From Bacteroidales bacterium (lineage in GTDB: Bacteria > Bacteroidota > Bacteroidia > Bacteroidales > UBA12077), in NCBI GenBank assembly GCA_019038645.1, contig JAHOYT010000054.1:4365-68364 (forward strand): 64,000 nucleotides of DNA, in the 5' to 3' direction. Shown here one piece after another: positions 18,575-29,700 of this stretch. Position 1 is the first letter of the stretch. The number at the start of each line of letters is the position of its first letter. Both the position numbers and the translations under genes were made by a program. The notes beneath the pieces were generated by a model that was not told the DNA's origin, did not search any database, and worked only from the letters and a program-made list of their open reading frames with translations.

Positions 18575-19150
18575 ATGGCTTTCGAATTACCTAACCTACC
18601 CTATGCATATGATGCTTTAGAACCGTTTATTTCAAAACAAACACTGGAATTTCACCACGACAAGCACCATGCGGCTTATGTAAATAATCTAAATAATTTA
18701 ATAAAAGGCACGGAGTTTGAAAATGCCAATATCGTTGATATTATTACCAAAGCTAAAGGTGGTATTTTTAACAATGCAGCTCAGGTTTGGAATCATACAT
18801 TTTATTTTGATCAGTTTGGGAAAAACAAAATTGAAAAATTGAGTGGTCAGTTATTGGTAGCAATTAATGCCAGCTTTGGATCATTTGACGAGTTCAAGGA
18901 GAAATTTTCTGTAGCAGCAAAAACTCTGTTTGGATCAGGTTGGGCATGGTTGGTTAAAAAACCAAATGGAAGCCTGGAAATTATTCAGACTTCAAATGCA
19001 ACAAACCCATTAACTGAAGGTTTGATCCCAATTTTAACCTGCGATGTTTGGGAGCACGCTTATTATCTTGATTATCAGAATAAACGTCCTGATTATGTAG
19101 GGAACTTCTGGAGCCTGATTGATTGGGAAATTGTTTCGGGTCGATACTAA
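18575..19150 (+). CDS. sodB: Superoxide dismutase [Fe]
   Basis: HHDKHH, FNNAAQVWNH (Fe-type Gln), FGSGWAW, DVWEHAYY. Confidence 0.95.
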   Translation: MAFELPNLPYAYDALEPFISKQTLEFHHDKHHAAYVNNLNNLIKGTEFENANIVDIITKAKGGIFNNAAQVWNHTFYFDQFGKNKIEKLSGQLLVAINASFGSFDEFKEKFSVAAKTLFGSGWAWLVKKPNGSLEIIQTSNATNPLTEGLIPILTCDVWEHAYYLDYQNKRPDYVGNFWSLIDWEIVSGRY

Positions 19151-19272
19151 CAGAGAGTATTTAAAATGATTTTAAATTGACTAATCAGGTAATTGATTAC
19201 CTAATTATTGTGTTGAATTTTATATATTCGGGGTCATTAAATATTAAAAGTAATTACATAAAACAATAAATT

Positions 19273-19848
19273 ATGAGCTCTTTAAAAGGAACACGTACAG
19301 AACAGAACTTATTAAAATCATTTGCCGGCGAATCACAGGCAAAAAACAGGTATGAGTTTTTTGCTAAAGTGGCAAAAAAAGAAGGTTACGAACAAATTGC
19401 TGAATTCTTCAATGAAACTGCATTACAAGAACAACAACATGCTAAAACTTTTTTCAAATTCCTTGAAGGAGGAGTGGTTGAAATAACAGCTTCATATCCT
19501 GCAGGAGTTATCGGTACAACAGCAGAAAATTTAAAAGCTGCAGCTGAGGGAGAAAATGAAGAATGGACAGATCTTTATCCTGAATTTGCAAGAATAGCTG
19601 AAGAGGAAGGATTTAAAAAAATTGCTATTGCTTACAAATTAATTGCTAAAGTAGAAGCAGAGCATGAGAAAAGATATTTAAAACTTCTGGAGAATATCGA
19701 AAGCGGAAAAGTTTTTGCACGTGAAGAAAAAGTGCGTTGGGTTTGTCGTAAGTGCGGACATGTTCACGAAGGCACAAAAGCTTTAAAGAATTGTCCTGTT
19801 TGTGCTCATCCGGAAGCATATTTCGAAATTGAGAAAACAAATTATTAA
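19273..19848 (+). CDS. rbr: Rubrerythrin
   Basis: FAGESQA, ExxH di-iron motifs, C-terminal CRKC/CPVC rubredoxin site. Confidence 0.96.
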   Translation: MSSLKGTRTEQNLLKSFAGESQAKNRYEFFAKVAKKEGYEQIAEFFNETALQEQQHAKTFFKFLEGGVVEITASYPAGVIGTTAENLKAAAEGENEEWTDLYPEFARIAEEEGFKKIAIAYKLIAKVEAEHEKRYLKLLENIESGKVFAREEKVRWVCRKCGHVHEGTKALKNCPVCAHPEAYFEIEKTNY

Positions 19849-19868
19849 AATATTCAAATGCAGATTTT

Positions 19869-19900
19869 AAAAGATGGTCAGATTTAGACCATCTTTTTTT
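19869..19900 (+). terminator. Intrinsic terminator after rbr
   Basis: AAAAGATGGTC/GACCATCTTTT stem plus T run. Confidence 0.8.
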
Positions 19901-19925
19901 GTATCTTTTCGAAAAAATAAATAGT

Positions 19926-20492
19926 ATGATAAAAGAATTAGTATTAAAAAACAGAAGTTATCGCAGGTTTTATCAGGATCATTTAATTACTCCTGATAAT
20001 TTAAGGGAATTAGTTGATCTGGCAAGACTTTCTGCTTCAGGAAAAAATCTGCAGCCATTAAAGTATTTTATTTCGGCAGATAATGTAACAAACGAAAAGA
20101 TTTTTTCAACACTTGCATGGGCCGGATATTTAAAGGATTGGGACGGACCGGAGGAAGGAGAGAAACCCGCAGGCTATATTGTTATTTTGGGAGATACACG
20201 CTTAACAAAAAACTATTTCTGTGATCATGGAATAGCATCACAAAGTATGCTCCTGGGTGCAGTTGAAAAAGGCCTCGGAGGTTGTATTTTTGCTTCAATA
20301 AAAAGAGAGAAATTAAAGGAGCTATTAAAGGTTGAGGATTATTTTGAGATTTTATTGGTTTTGGCTTTAGGCAAACCTAAAGAAGAAGTTGTAACGGAAG
20401 ATGTTGTTGATGATAACATAAAATATTACCGTGATGAAAATCAGGTTCATCATGTTCCAAAAAGAACTCTGCAGGAAATTATTATTTCATAA
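19926..20492 (+). CDS. Nitroreductase family protein
   Basis: NRSYRRF, ARLSASGKNLQP, DHGIASQSMLL, ALGKP; ATG 19926 preferred because the upstream TTG lies in the terminator. Confidence 0.92.
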   Translation: MIKELVLKNRSYRRFYQDHLITPDNLRELVDLARLSASGKNLQPLKYFISADNVTNEKIFSTLAWAGYLKDWDGPEEGEKPAGYIVILGDTRLTKNYFCDHGIASQSMLLGAVEKGLGGCIFASIKREKLKELLKVEDYFEILLVLALGKPKEEVVTEDVVDDNIKYYRDENQVHHVPKRTLQEIIIS

Positions 20493-20525
20493 TAAGAAAG
20501 CCGGAAATAGTCCGGCTTTCTTATT
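20491..20525. terminator. Bidirectional terminator
   Basis: AATAAGAAAGCCGGA/TCCGGCTTTCTTATT perfect stem between convergent genes. Confidence 0.85.
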
Positions 20526-20539
20526 TGTACTTTCATTTA

Positions 20540-23500
20540 TCATTGTATAATCAGTTTCCTCAAATAATATTTATCATCAATTCTGAATCTTATGTAATAA
20601 ATACCATTAGCGTATGGATTAACATCTATATGCTTCGTTGTATTCTGAACATTTGATAATTTGTTGTTATACAGAATTTGTCCGTTAATATTTATTATTT
20701 CTATTACAACATCAGTTGATTTTTCATTTTCAAGAATTATACTCAGACTTTCGGAAACAGGATTTGGATAATAAGTAATTTTATATCCTTCTCCCTTAAT
20801 TAAATTATCAATTCCGGTTATTTTTTCACAATATATCTCTCCCATGCCCTGACATCCTAACGCATCAGTTACCGTAACTGTATAAGTATCTGTTTCTGTT
20901 ACTGTAATTGTTGGAGTTGTGTCTCCTGTGGACCATAAATAAGAACTATAAGTATCGAATATAATTATTTCATAACTGTCTGAAAAGCGTACCGTATCAC
21001 TTCCCATATCAACAACAGGTTGGCTAATTTCAATAGGATTATCAGATAAAGTATCATTAACTGCATTTTCATCACCGCCTAATTTAACAAAAGGTTTAAA
21101 TTCATAATCTCCTGCAGCATCAAATGTAATATCATCGGCAAAAGTATAATCGATTGTAGTACTTGCATTCAGAGTCGAGCTTAAGTTGGTATTTTCAAGT
21201 ACAATAGGTCCGTTCCCAATACGATATCCAACATCTAAATAAGATCCGGACGTAATGTTAACTTCTCCTAAATTTTCAATAGTAATTTCAACCTGATATG
21301 TTTTTCCCGATTGCCAGCATTCCGATACAGGTGATTTTAAAACTGTTACTCCCAAATCAGGAGTTATATCAAATATAACCATAACTGAATCTGAAGCCAC
21401 ACAGCCTAAATCATTGGTTACAGTAACGGCATAATAATTATTCAGTGTTTGGGTATTGATATCTACAGTATAAGTCTGAAGGTCACTTTCATCAAACCAT
21501 TCATAAATGACATAACCACTGCCAGCATCAAGTACATACTCTGTATTAGCTGTATTTACAGTTTCTCCCAGATCGAGATCTGGTTTTGGGTGGTCAATTA
21601 TTATTGTAGTTGTATCAATTAGATCAACGTCAAGACTGGTCAGTTTGGCAAATACATTAAATTCGTGTGGCTTGTTTTCTGTTAAATCAGCATCATTTCC
21701 TGATAATGTGAATAAGCTTGTACTATCAGGATAAAGAATCTCAGTTAAATTAAACAATTCACTTACATAAGGATCAGAATTTAATAAATATCCTACTTCC
21801 AGTTGTTCTCCAATTTGCAATGTATCTGCTCCATTATTTATTACTCCAATAATAACAGTTTCAGTTGTGGTTAAATCACATTTTACAACAGGAGAATTAA
21901 TTGAGTCGGCAGTAACATTATAAGTGTAAATATTAAGGTAATCGGTTGTGGTACATCCGTTTACGTCTGCAACTGTTAAAGTGTATTCCTTTGAAGCCAG
22001 ATATGTTACATTTAATGTTTGGCCTACTGTCCCGTCACTCCAGTTATAAGCATTGAAACCGCCAGGTGCTACAATTGAAACAGTATCGGGTTGTGTGGTT
22101 AGTATATCGTCACCTATTTCAACATCAGGGAAGCCGAATGTTTTTATTGCATCAATTAATGTGTCATTTGTTGTATTCACATCCAGGTTATAAGCTGTGA
22201 ATAACTTAAACTTGTGTGTCTTTATTAATGAAACATCAACCTGGTCTGCAAAAGTATAATTAACAGTTTGAGAAGGCCCCAGATCTGCTTCTAAAGTAAA
22301 GTTTTCAACCACGGGAACTTCGCCTTCTAAAATATAGCCGACAGGAATAACAGTGTCCGTATATAAAATGTCCAGACTATAATTTTTAATAGTAATAGTT
22401 ACGTTCTCATTAGCTGAATTTTCACAAGCATTAGTGGGACTAACCATAGCATTTATTCCTACATTATAGGTAATAATATGAGTTGAATCAACACTGGTAA
22501 TACAATCATGCATGTCAGTAACTGTTACCTTATATTTTTTAGAAAAATTATCACTTACTGAAAGGCTGTTACTTCCTGAAGAACCATCACTCCAGTTATA
22601 TGTTTTAAAGCCGCTTTGTACAATTAATTCTACAGTATCTGCACTTGTTGTAAAAATAGTATCATAAGGAAGTGAAACAGTCGGATATCCATAAGTTTCC
22701 AGGGCTCCGTCGAAACTATCGTTTAATGAATTGGCATCTTGTTCTGAGTTAAGCTCTATTACAAATGAATAACTTCCGTCAATATTCGGATCTACAGTAT
22801 TTGTTAAGGTCAGTGTTCTGTCAATACCCGATCCCAAATCACTCGCGAGAGTAACTGTGTCATTTACCCATCCAGCGCCATTAAAATCAAATCTGAACGG
22901 AATTTTAGTACCTGTTAAATATGTATTGCCACTGTAATTATGAATTGATACCTGTATTGGTTCAGTGGTCGTATGTCCGCAGTCACTTACAGGATTTATT
23001 ACACTGTTAATTCCAAAATCATATGTTTGAACAAAAACGGAATCAGAATCGCTTCCGCATGCAAAATTATCTGTAACCGTTACATAAAACCAGTTACTTA
23101 AATTGTTTGGTGGTTTAATAGAATCATTTGTTTCTGCTGTGTTCCATATATAATTCAAATAGCCAGCTGTAGCAACTAAATCCAATGTATCTGCTTGTGA
23201 TGTGTACGCAGTATCATAATTTAGATTGACATCAACATAACCGTTTGTATTAATTATACTGGTTACAGTATCATCGGCATGATTCAGGTCTTTTAATACA
23301 TTAGTGAATACCTTGACCGTATAAGCTCCTGGTGTTTTTAGATCACACTTTTCGTTATATGTAAAATCGGCATTACCTCCTATACCGATTTCAGAAGAAA
23401 CGAATAAAGTATCCTCAACAACCGGATTATTATTAATCTGATAACCCAGTAAAACCGTATCAGTATCACTTATAACACTTATGCCATTATTTATAAAACG

Positions 23501-26500
23501 CACTGATAATTCAGTAAGCAGGTTTCGTTCACAGGAATCAGCTGTTTCGGTATAAAGGACATCCATTGTAAGATCAATTAAAGAAGAAACAATTTCAATT
23601 GAATCCTGAGCTGAACAACCAGCAAGGTTTGTAACAGTTACATAATGCATTCCTGTCTGTGTTACATCCCATGTTTGTGTTGCTGCAGAGTTATCCGGAG
23701 GTGGTAATAACCACGCATAGGTATCATATCCTGCTTCTGCATCTAATGTTATATCTGTTATAGGATTTCCTCCAACAATATCTTCAAACGGGTTGTAATT
23801 TGGCATTCCGGTAACTGAAATAGTTGTTGAAAGAGTGTCGTTACTTACCGTTTCATTATAGAAATAAGTATTATTCTCCAGTTTTGTATAAACCGTAAAA
23901 CCAAAATCACCTGCATACGACATATCAACAGTTGTTCCGAAAGTAAAAAGTACATTGTTGCCGTATAATAAATCGCTGGCCAGAGTTAAAGTATCATTAA
24001 TAATATCGGAATTAAATTCTAACGTTAGTGGAATTTTTGTGCCTGATTTAATAGTATTTATTCCGTAATTTTCAACATAAACTTTAACTTCAGTATCTGC
24101 ACCAATTTCACAGTCTGTAACCGGTTCTGATATTGAACTGATTCCAACATCAACAGGTGCGTTATAAATTCGGATATCATCAATCCCAAATCCTTCATAA
24201 TTATTTGTTTCGTTACTTTCAAAAACAAATTTAAACTTAACACTACTTTGATTCATTACATCTAACGGAAGAAGTTGTCTGAAAGAAAGCCATTCTCCAT
24301 TAGTAGTGTCGATTCCAGGTAACTCCAGATCACTAATATTTGCTTCGGTGTACCAGTTCCAGTAAAAATCTCCGTCATCAGGAACTATGTTCCATGAAGT
24401 TCCTTCGTTTAATGAATACAATAGTGATAATCCATCAGTTTTATCTTCCGAAATTCCTTTACATTTAAATTCGAATACAATAGAATCCGATCCACTAAAA
24501 TTAAAACACGGGCTTAATAAATATGAGGAATCATTATTTGAGTATAATCCGTCAGGATTTGTAACCCATGCCTTTGTACCTGAAGCTGCAGCATCAATTA
24601 TAATATAATTCGGCTCCCCATATTCCCATGAAGAATTTGTACCTCCTGATAAATAATATCCATAATTAGTTTCAAAATCTTCGTAATAAGGCAAACTATA
24701 AGTTGGTGTAATAAATATAGTAGTATCAATTCTGTTGTTTGTATTGTCCTCATCACCAGCCAAATGAGTTGTTGCATAAACATTGTTATACCAACCTGGT
24801 ACTGTCAAATCAATTGGTTTGTCAATCTGATAAACTATAAAGTCATCAATTGCAATATTGGGATTTATAATAGTGTCATATGAAATAGTTTCACCATCAT
24901 CAAACGAGTAACTTACTGGTAATGGATCGTTTAATAATTCTCCTGCATAGTTTTGTATTTTTACTTCAACATATTCTTCGCTGGTATGTCCGCAACCATC
25001 CAGAGGAGCAATCCATTCTGTAATTCCAACATCTTTAGATATATAGTTGCCAATTATTATTACGTCTTCAATATTCCACCCTGTATATGCATTAACGGCT
25101 CCTGTTTCCCCTAAAGTATATTTTAATTTTGCAATTTCTTGTCGTTCAAAAACAGAACTAATGTCTAAGGATTTATAATACCATGAATTTTCTGTATAAA
25201 AACCGCTACCACTCCAGATAGCTGTCCAGTCTGTCCCGTTTGAGGATCCAAGAATTTTTGCGTAGTCTTGAAAATCGACATTGAGCCACCTATAATATGT
25301 AAGGTAAATATCTTTATAATACTTAAAATTTAAAGTAGGGAGTTCTGCTACATAGGCAGTGTCGGCAATTCCATTTGCATATAAACCATCATCTGTTAAA
25401 TCTGTGCCCAAAACATAACTACCGCTATATGCTTCTTCAGGATCTGCATTTCCGTTTGCTCCAAATAGTCCAAGTGGAATTGCTCGTTCAAATTCACCGG
25501 TAAGTCTCCATCCCTTATCTGTTTCAAAATTATCAATAAAAACAGATTCATAAATTGTTCTTGAAGCTTCCGGCGATTTATCTGCAAATGGATATAAATA
25601 GTTATTTATTTTAATTCCTGATTCTTCAATATAAACATCAGCAATATGTCCGTGCATTTCATGACTTAAGTCTTCTTTAATATCATATGTTATCCAAATT
25701 GAACTTAATTTTCTGGGAATATCATAATTTAGGTTATCAAAAACTCCTATTCCTGAATTGAAATTACCAGAAGCCAGCAAATTCGTTGTTGAAAAAATTG
25801 TATCATCTGTTGCATATATTTTTAAACCATTAATTTCAAGATCATCATCGGATGTATTTAATGTTTTTACAGCTAAGGAATCTAAAATTAATGTTCCATC
25901 ATTTCCTTCAACAACCAGATCAATTCTCATTATCGGGTTGTTAGTGGTTCCTGTAGGTATAAATGATGAATTAGTTTGCTTTATAGTAATAGAACTTAAA
26001 TATTTTGCTATGATTCCGGTTTCAACAATTTGTATCTCGTCGATACAAACACCGTGGCCATATCCGGTTATTCCCTCAAAACCAATATAGTAAGTTGATG
26101 AAATACTGCTGTCAGGTAATAATATATTGCGGGCAGTCCAATCTGTTACAGGTAAAAGATATTCCTCAAGCAAAACCCATGAGCTGTCTTCACCTCTTTT
26201 ATAATATACTTTTAATCTATCCCACCAATCTTGTTCGTCCCACCAAATATCCTGGGCATGTCCAAATCTTAATTCAGGTTTAATTATATCCGCTATATCT
26301 ATGGAGGGAGTTATAAGTCTGGTTGCTTCATTATTATAACTTTGATACTGGAATATAGCATTATAAGTACTTCCATTATAACCTGAAGCAGGATTTCCCT
26401 GATGACCTCCACTCATTGATTCCCAATCAATTTGACTTGAACCAACGACTTTTTCCTGTGTCCATCCGGATGGAAGAGCAGGTGGAACAATGCTTTCAAA

Positions 26501-26581
26501 GTCTTCACTAAAAACTACTGTTTGTGAATAAACTGCGATATTAAGAAGTACTGCAAGCAGAGTTGTTGATAGTAATTTCAT
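20540..26581 (-). CDS. Large T9SS type-A-CTD secreted protein (jelly-roll/adhesin-like domains plus Ig-like repeats)
   Basis: Signal peptide, FSEDFE/W..DDI adhesin-like modules, repeated D(V/L)GI...P...C..N.G Ig/CARDB-like units, C-terminal YPNP...GIYYI...KLII. Confidence 0.88.
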   Translation of the reverse strand: MKLLSTTLLAVLLNIAVYSQTVVFSEDFESIVPPALPSGWTQEKVVGSSQIDWESMSGGHQGNPASGYNGSTYNAIFQYQSYNNEATRLITPSIDIADIIKPELRFGHAQDIWWDEQDWWDRLKVYYKRGEDSSWVLLEEYLLPVTDWTARNILLPDSSISSTYYIGFEGITGYGHGVCIDEIQIVETGIIAKYLSSITIKQTNSSFIPTGTTNNPIMRIDLVVEGNDGTLILDSLAVKTLNTSDDDLEINGLKIYATDDTIFSTTNLLASGNFNSGIGVFDNLNYDIPRKLSSIWITYDIKEDLSHEMHGHIADVYIEESGIKINNYLYPFADKSPEASRTIYESVFIDNFETDKGWRLTGEFERAIPLGLFGANGNADPEEAYSGSYVLGTDLTDDGLYANGIADTAYVAELPTLNFKYYKDIYLTYYRWLNVDFQDYAKILGSSNGTDWTAIWSGSGFYTENSWYYKSLDISSVFERQEIAKLKYTLGETGAVNAYTGWNIEDVIIIGNYISKDVGITEWIAPLDGCGHTSEEYVEVKIQNYAGELLNDPLPVSYSFDDGETISYDTIINPNIAIDDFIVYQIDKPIDLTVPGWYNNVYATTHLAGDEDNTNNRIDTTIFITPTYSLPYYEDFETNYGYYLSGGTNSSWEYGEPNYIIIDAAASGTKAWVTNPDGLYSNNDSSYLLSPCFNFSGSDSIVFEFKCKGISEDKTDGLSLLYSLNEGTSWNIVPDDGDFYWNWYTEANISDLELPGIDTTNGEWLSFRQLLPLDVMNQSSVKFKFVFESNETNNYEGFGIDDIRIYNAPVDVGISSISEPVTDCEIGADTEVKVYVENYGINTIKSGTKIPLTLEFNSDIINDTLTLASDLLYGNNVLFTFGTTVDMSYAGDFGFTVYTKLENNTYFYNETVSNDTLSTTISVTGMPNYNPFEDIVGGNPITDITLDAEAGYDTYAWLLPPPDNSAATQTWDVTQTGMHYVTVTNLAGCSAQDSIEIVSSLIDLTMDVLYTETADSCERNLLTELSVRFINNGISVISDTDTVLLGYQINNNPVVEDTLFVSSEIGIGGNADFTYNEKCDLKTPGAYTVKVFTNVLKDLNHADDTVTSIINTNGYVDVNLNYDTAYTSQADTLDLVATAGYLNYIWNTAETNDSIKPPNNLSNWFYVTVTDNFACGSDSDSVFVQTYDFGINSVINPVSDCGHTTTEPIQVSIHNYSGNTYLTGTKIPFRFDFNGAGWVNDTVTLASDLGSGIDRTLTLTNTVDPNIDGSYSFVIELNSEQDANSLNDSFDGALETYGYPTVSLPYDTIFTTSADTVELIVQSGFKTYNWSDGSSGSNSLSVSDNFSKKYKVTVTDMHDCITSVDSTHIITYNVGINAMVSPTNACENSANENVTITIKNYSLDILYTDTVIPVGYILEGEVPVVENFTLEADLGPSQTVNYTFADQVDVSLIKTHKFKLFTAYNLDVNTTNDTLIDAIKTFGFPDVEIGDDILTTQPDTVSIVAPGGFNAYNWSDGTVGQTLNVTYLASKEYTLTVADVNGCTTTDYLNIYTYNVTADSINSPVVKCDLTTTETVIIGVINNGADTLQIGEQLEVGYLLNSDPYVSELFNLTEILYPDSTSLFTLSGNDADLTENKPHEFNVFAKLTSLDVDLIDTTTIIIDHPKPDLDLGETVNTANTEYVLDAGSGYVIYEWFDESDLQTYTVDINTQTLNNYYAVTVTNDLGCVASDSVMVIFDITPDLGVTVLKSPVSECWQSGKTYQVEITIENLGEVNITSGSYLDVGYRIGNGPIVLENTNLSSTLNASTTIDYTFADDITFDAAGDYEFKPFVKLGGDENAVNDTLSDNPIEISQPVVDMGSDTVRFSDSYEIIIFDTYSSYLWSTGDTTPTITVTETDTYTVTVTDALGCQGMGEIYCEKITGIDNLIKGEGYKITYYPNPVSESLSIILENEKSTDVVIEIININGQILYNNKLSNVQNTTKHIDVNPYANGIYYIRFRIDDKYYLRKLIIQ

Positions 26582-26723
26582 GACGTTTTTTATTAATTAA
26601 CAAATCGCTAAAACCTTAGGTTGCGTTTTTCGTATACTTTTCCATAAACGCTAGTTTTTCTTACGTAAATTTAAGAAAATTGTTTATAAAAAATGATATA
26701 TTTACTTTTCAAACTCAAAAAAG

Positions 26724-29700
26724 ATGAAAAAATTATTAATATTCATATCGTTATTATTTTTCACAATTAATTTGTTTGCACAAACAGATAGAGAATTTTG
26801 GTTTGCTGCTCCTGAAGTAACCTGGCGACATGATAATGGACGATTTTATCCGGAATGGGGAACTACATATGCCGGTGGAGAACCAATTTTACTTAGGGTG
26901 GTAACTAATACTTTACCAGCAAATGTTACTATAGAACAACCTGCAAACTCAGTAAATTTTCCTACAATTAACTTAAGTATTGCTGCAAATTCAACTCAAA
27001 CGGTTAATTTAACTGATCTGGGAATGCAAGCGGAGGTGGAAAATACATATGATAATGCTAATGGAATAATGGATAAGGGCATACACATATTTTCTGACAA
27101 TTTAATTACTGTATATTATGAGGTGAGGACCAGAAATAATTGTGATATTTTTGCTTTAAAGGGACAAAATGGATTAGGATCTGACTTTTATGTACCTTTT
27201 CAGGATATTGGTAGAAATCAGAGAGATAGTTGGGCTACAGACAAAGCTTATTCTGCAATAAATATTGTAGCAATAGAAGATAATACAATAATAACAGTTT
27301 TACCATCACAAGCAGTACTTAGAGATATGGGTGCAAACATGGTACATCCTGCCGGAGTTCCTTTTGATGTTGTTTTAAATAAAGGACAAACATATTCATT
27401 GCCACCTGCATGGGATGCAGCGTGGAACTGGTTTGGTCGGGAGAAAAATCAACATATTGGTGGAACATATTTACATGTACATGATGACAAAAAGATTGCT
27501 GTTACAATTAGTGATGACTCGGTTAGAGAAGATTTAGCAAGTGTTGATTGGGGCTGTTATGATCTTATTGGAGACCAGATGGTTCACCTCGGTGTTTTAG
27601 GAAAGGAATATATTGCAATGAGAGGTCAGTTAAATACTGATTTGGAAAATATATTTATGGTTGCAACAGAGAATAATACACGAATTTGGGTTGAAGGTAA
27701 TGATACATTAAACCCCCCTGATGCAATAATAGATGCAGGAGAACAGTTCATGTATACATTTGTTGTAGCTTCTCCAGACTTTTTACATATGATTTCAAAT
27801 AAGAAACTATCTGTTTTACATGTTTCCGGATTTGGTTGTGAGATGGGTGGTGCAGTACTTCCACCAACTGACAAATGTACTGGTTCCACACAAGTTGGTT
27901 TTACGAGATCTACCGATGAAGGATTTTATTTAAATATAATGGTTTGGAACGGAGCTGAAGATGGATTTTATATAGATGGGGTTTTACAGGATGGGTCAGC
28001 AGGTACTCTTTTTGACGATACTGATTTTCTACCTGTAACCGGAACTGCAGATTGGTTAGTATATAGATCTCTTAATCTTAATACAGCAACTATTCCTTTA
28101 AATGCTCAAACACTTATTACAAATAACAAGGATGTTTTTCATTTAGGTATAATAAATGGAGGTACAAATTCTGGTTGCCGTTTTGGTTATTTTTCAGATT
28201 TTAATGAATTAGCAGTTTCAGCTGAAGCTACAGGTAGTCAATCAAGTTCTATTAGAGCTTGTAGTTATGAACAAATACAATTATATGCAGCCGGAGGAAC
28301 TAATTTTAACTGGTGGCCGGCAGAGTATTTAAATGATCCGTCTATTGCGGAACCAATTGCTGATCCACCAGCAGGTTCAACTACATTATTTGAAGTTGAA
28401 GTTAGTGGTGCCTGCGGATTAACAGACACTGCGAATGTTACAGTAAAAAAATTCCCTAATCTTGATGCCCAGTTTTCTGTTGATAAAGGAAACGGATGTT
28501 CTCCTTTAGAAATTGAAATGAACGAAACCTCAACGCAAATTTATGAAAGATATTGGGATTTCAATTATTCAGGAATAGGAGGTATACTTGATAGAGATAC
28601 TGTTTTATTTACTGATAACACAAATTATGACACAGATACTACATTTACACATTTTTTTATTAATACTACTAACGAGGCAGATCCTGATTCAATAGAAAAC
28701 TATGAAATTCGACTACTAGTAAAGAATACCAACGATTGTGTAGATACGGCTTATGGTTCCATAATTGTTTACCCGGAAGTAACTGCTGATTTTACATTAA
28801 CAGATTTGAATGATACTATTGGTTGTAGCCCGTTGTTAGTAGGATACGTTGATAATTCAAATAATGAAGATTTTTATTATTGGAAATTTGGTGATGGAGT
28901 GTCTAGTACGGTTCAAAACCCTATTCACGAATTTATCAATATTCTGAATTCTGATACTGTGTATAACACAGAATTAATTGTAAGATCAATACACTTCTGT
29001 AGAGATACTTTAAATATGGATATTACTTTACATCCTTACCTTGAGGCAGGATTTACAATTGATGTATACGAGGGATGTTCGCCCCTTGATGTTACCGTTA
29101 CAACAAATAATGTATTTGAAGATTCAGTTGTACTTGTGTATGGTGATGGAGATACTCTTAAGGCTCCTACTTTAGGCTCGGTTGTTCATACATATAGTAA
29201 TACAGGTACGAGTGTTGATACCAATGCTATTGAGTTGCATGTGTTTAATGACGAAGGCTGTGAGAAAATCTGGTATGATACGGTTATTGTATTTCCAGAA
29301 TTTACTGCAGATTATAATATAGATGTTCCTTCCTATTCCGGATGTAATTCTCAATTGTTTAATTTTACAAATGCAACTACTACTAGTTTGCATGCTGCTT
29401 CAGAATTTCTTTGGTCCTTTGGTGATGGTTCGAACTCTAATGTAGAAAACCCACCTCCACATTTATATGATAATACTTCATCAGCCGATAAAGTATACAA
29501 TTTTACTTTACATGCAGAATCTCAATATGGTTGTTTTGATGATACTACAGATCAAATTATAATCTATAGGGCTTATGCTGATTTTACAGTTGATGCTGAT
29601 GAAGGATGTTCTCCTCTTGATGTTACAATTTCAAATATTTCTGAAGGTAATCAAATAACAACATGGGCTTGGGATTTTGATGATGCAACTAATAGTGCTT

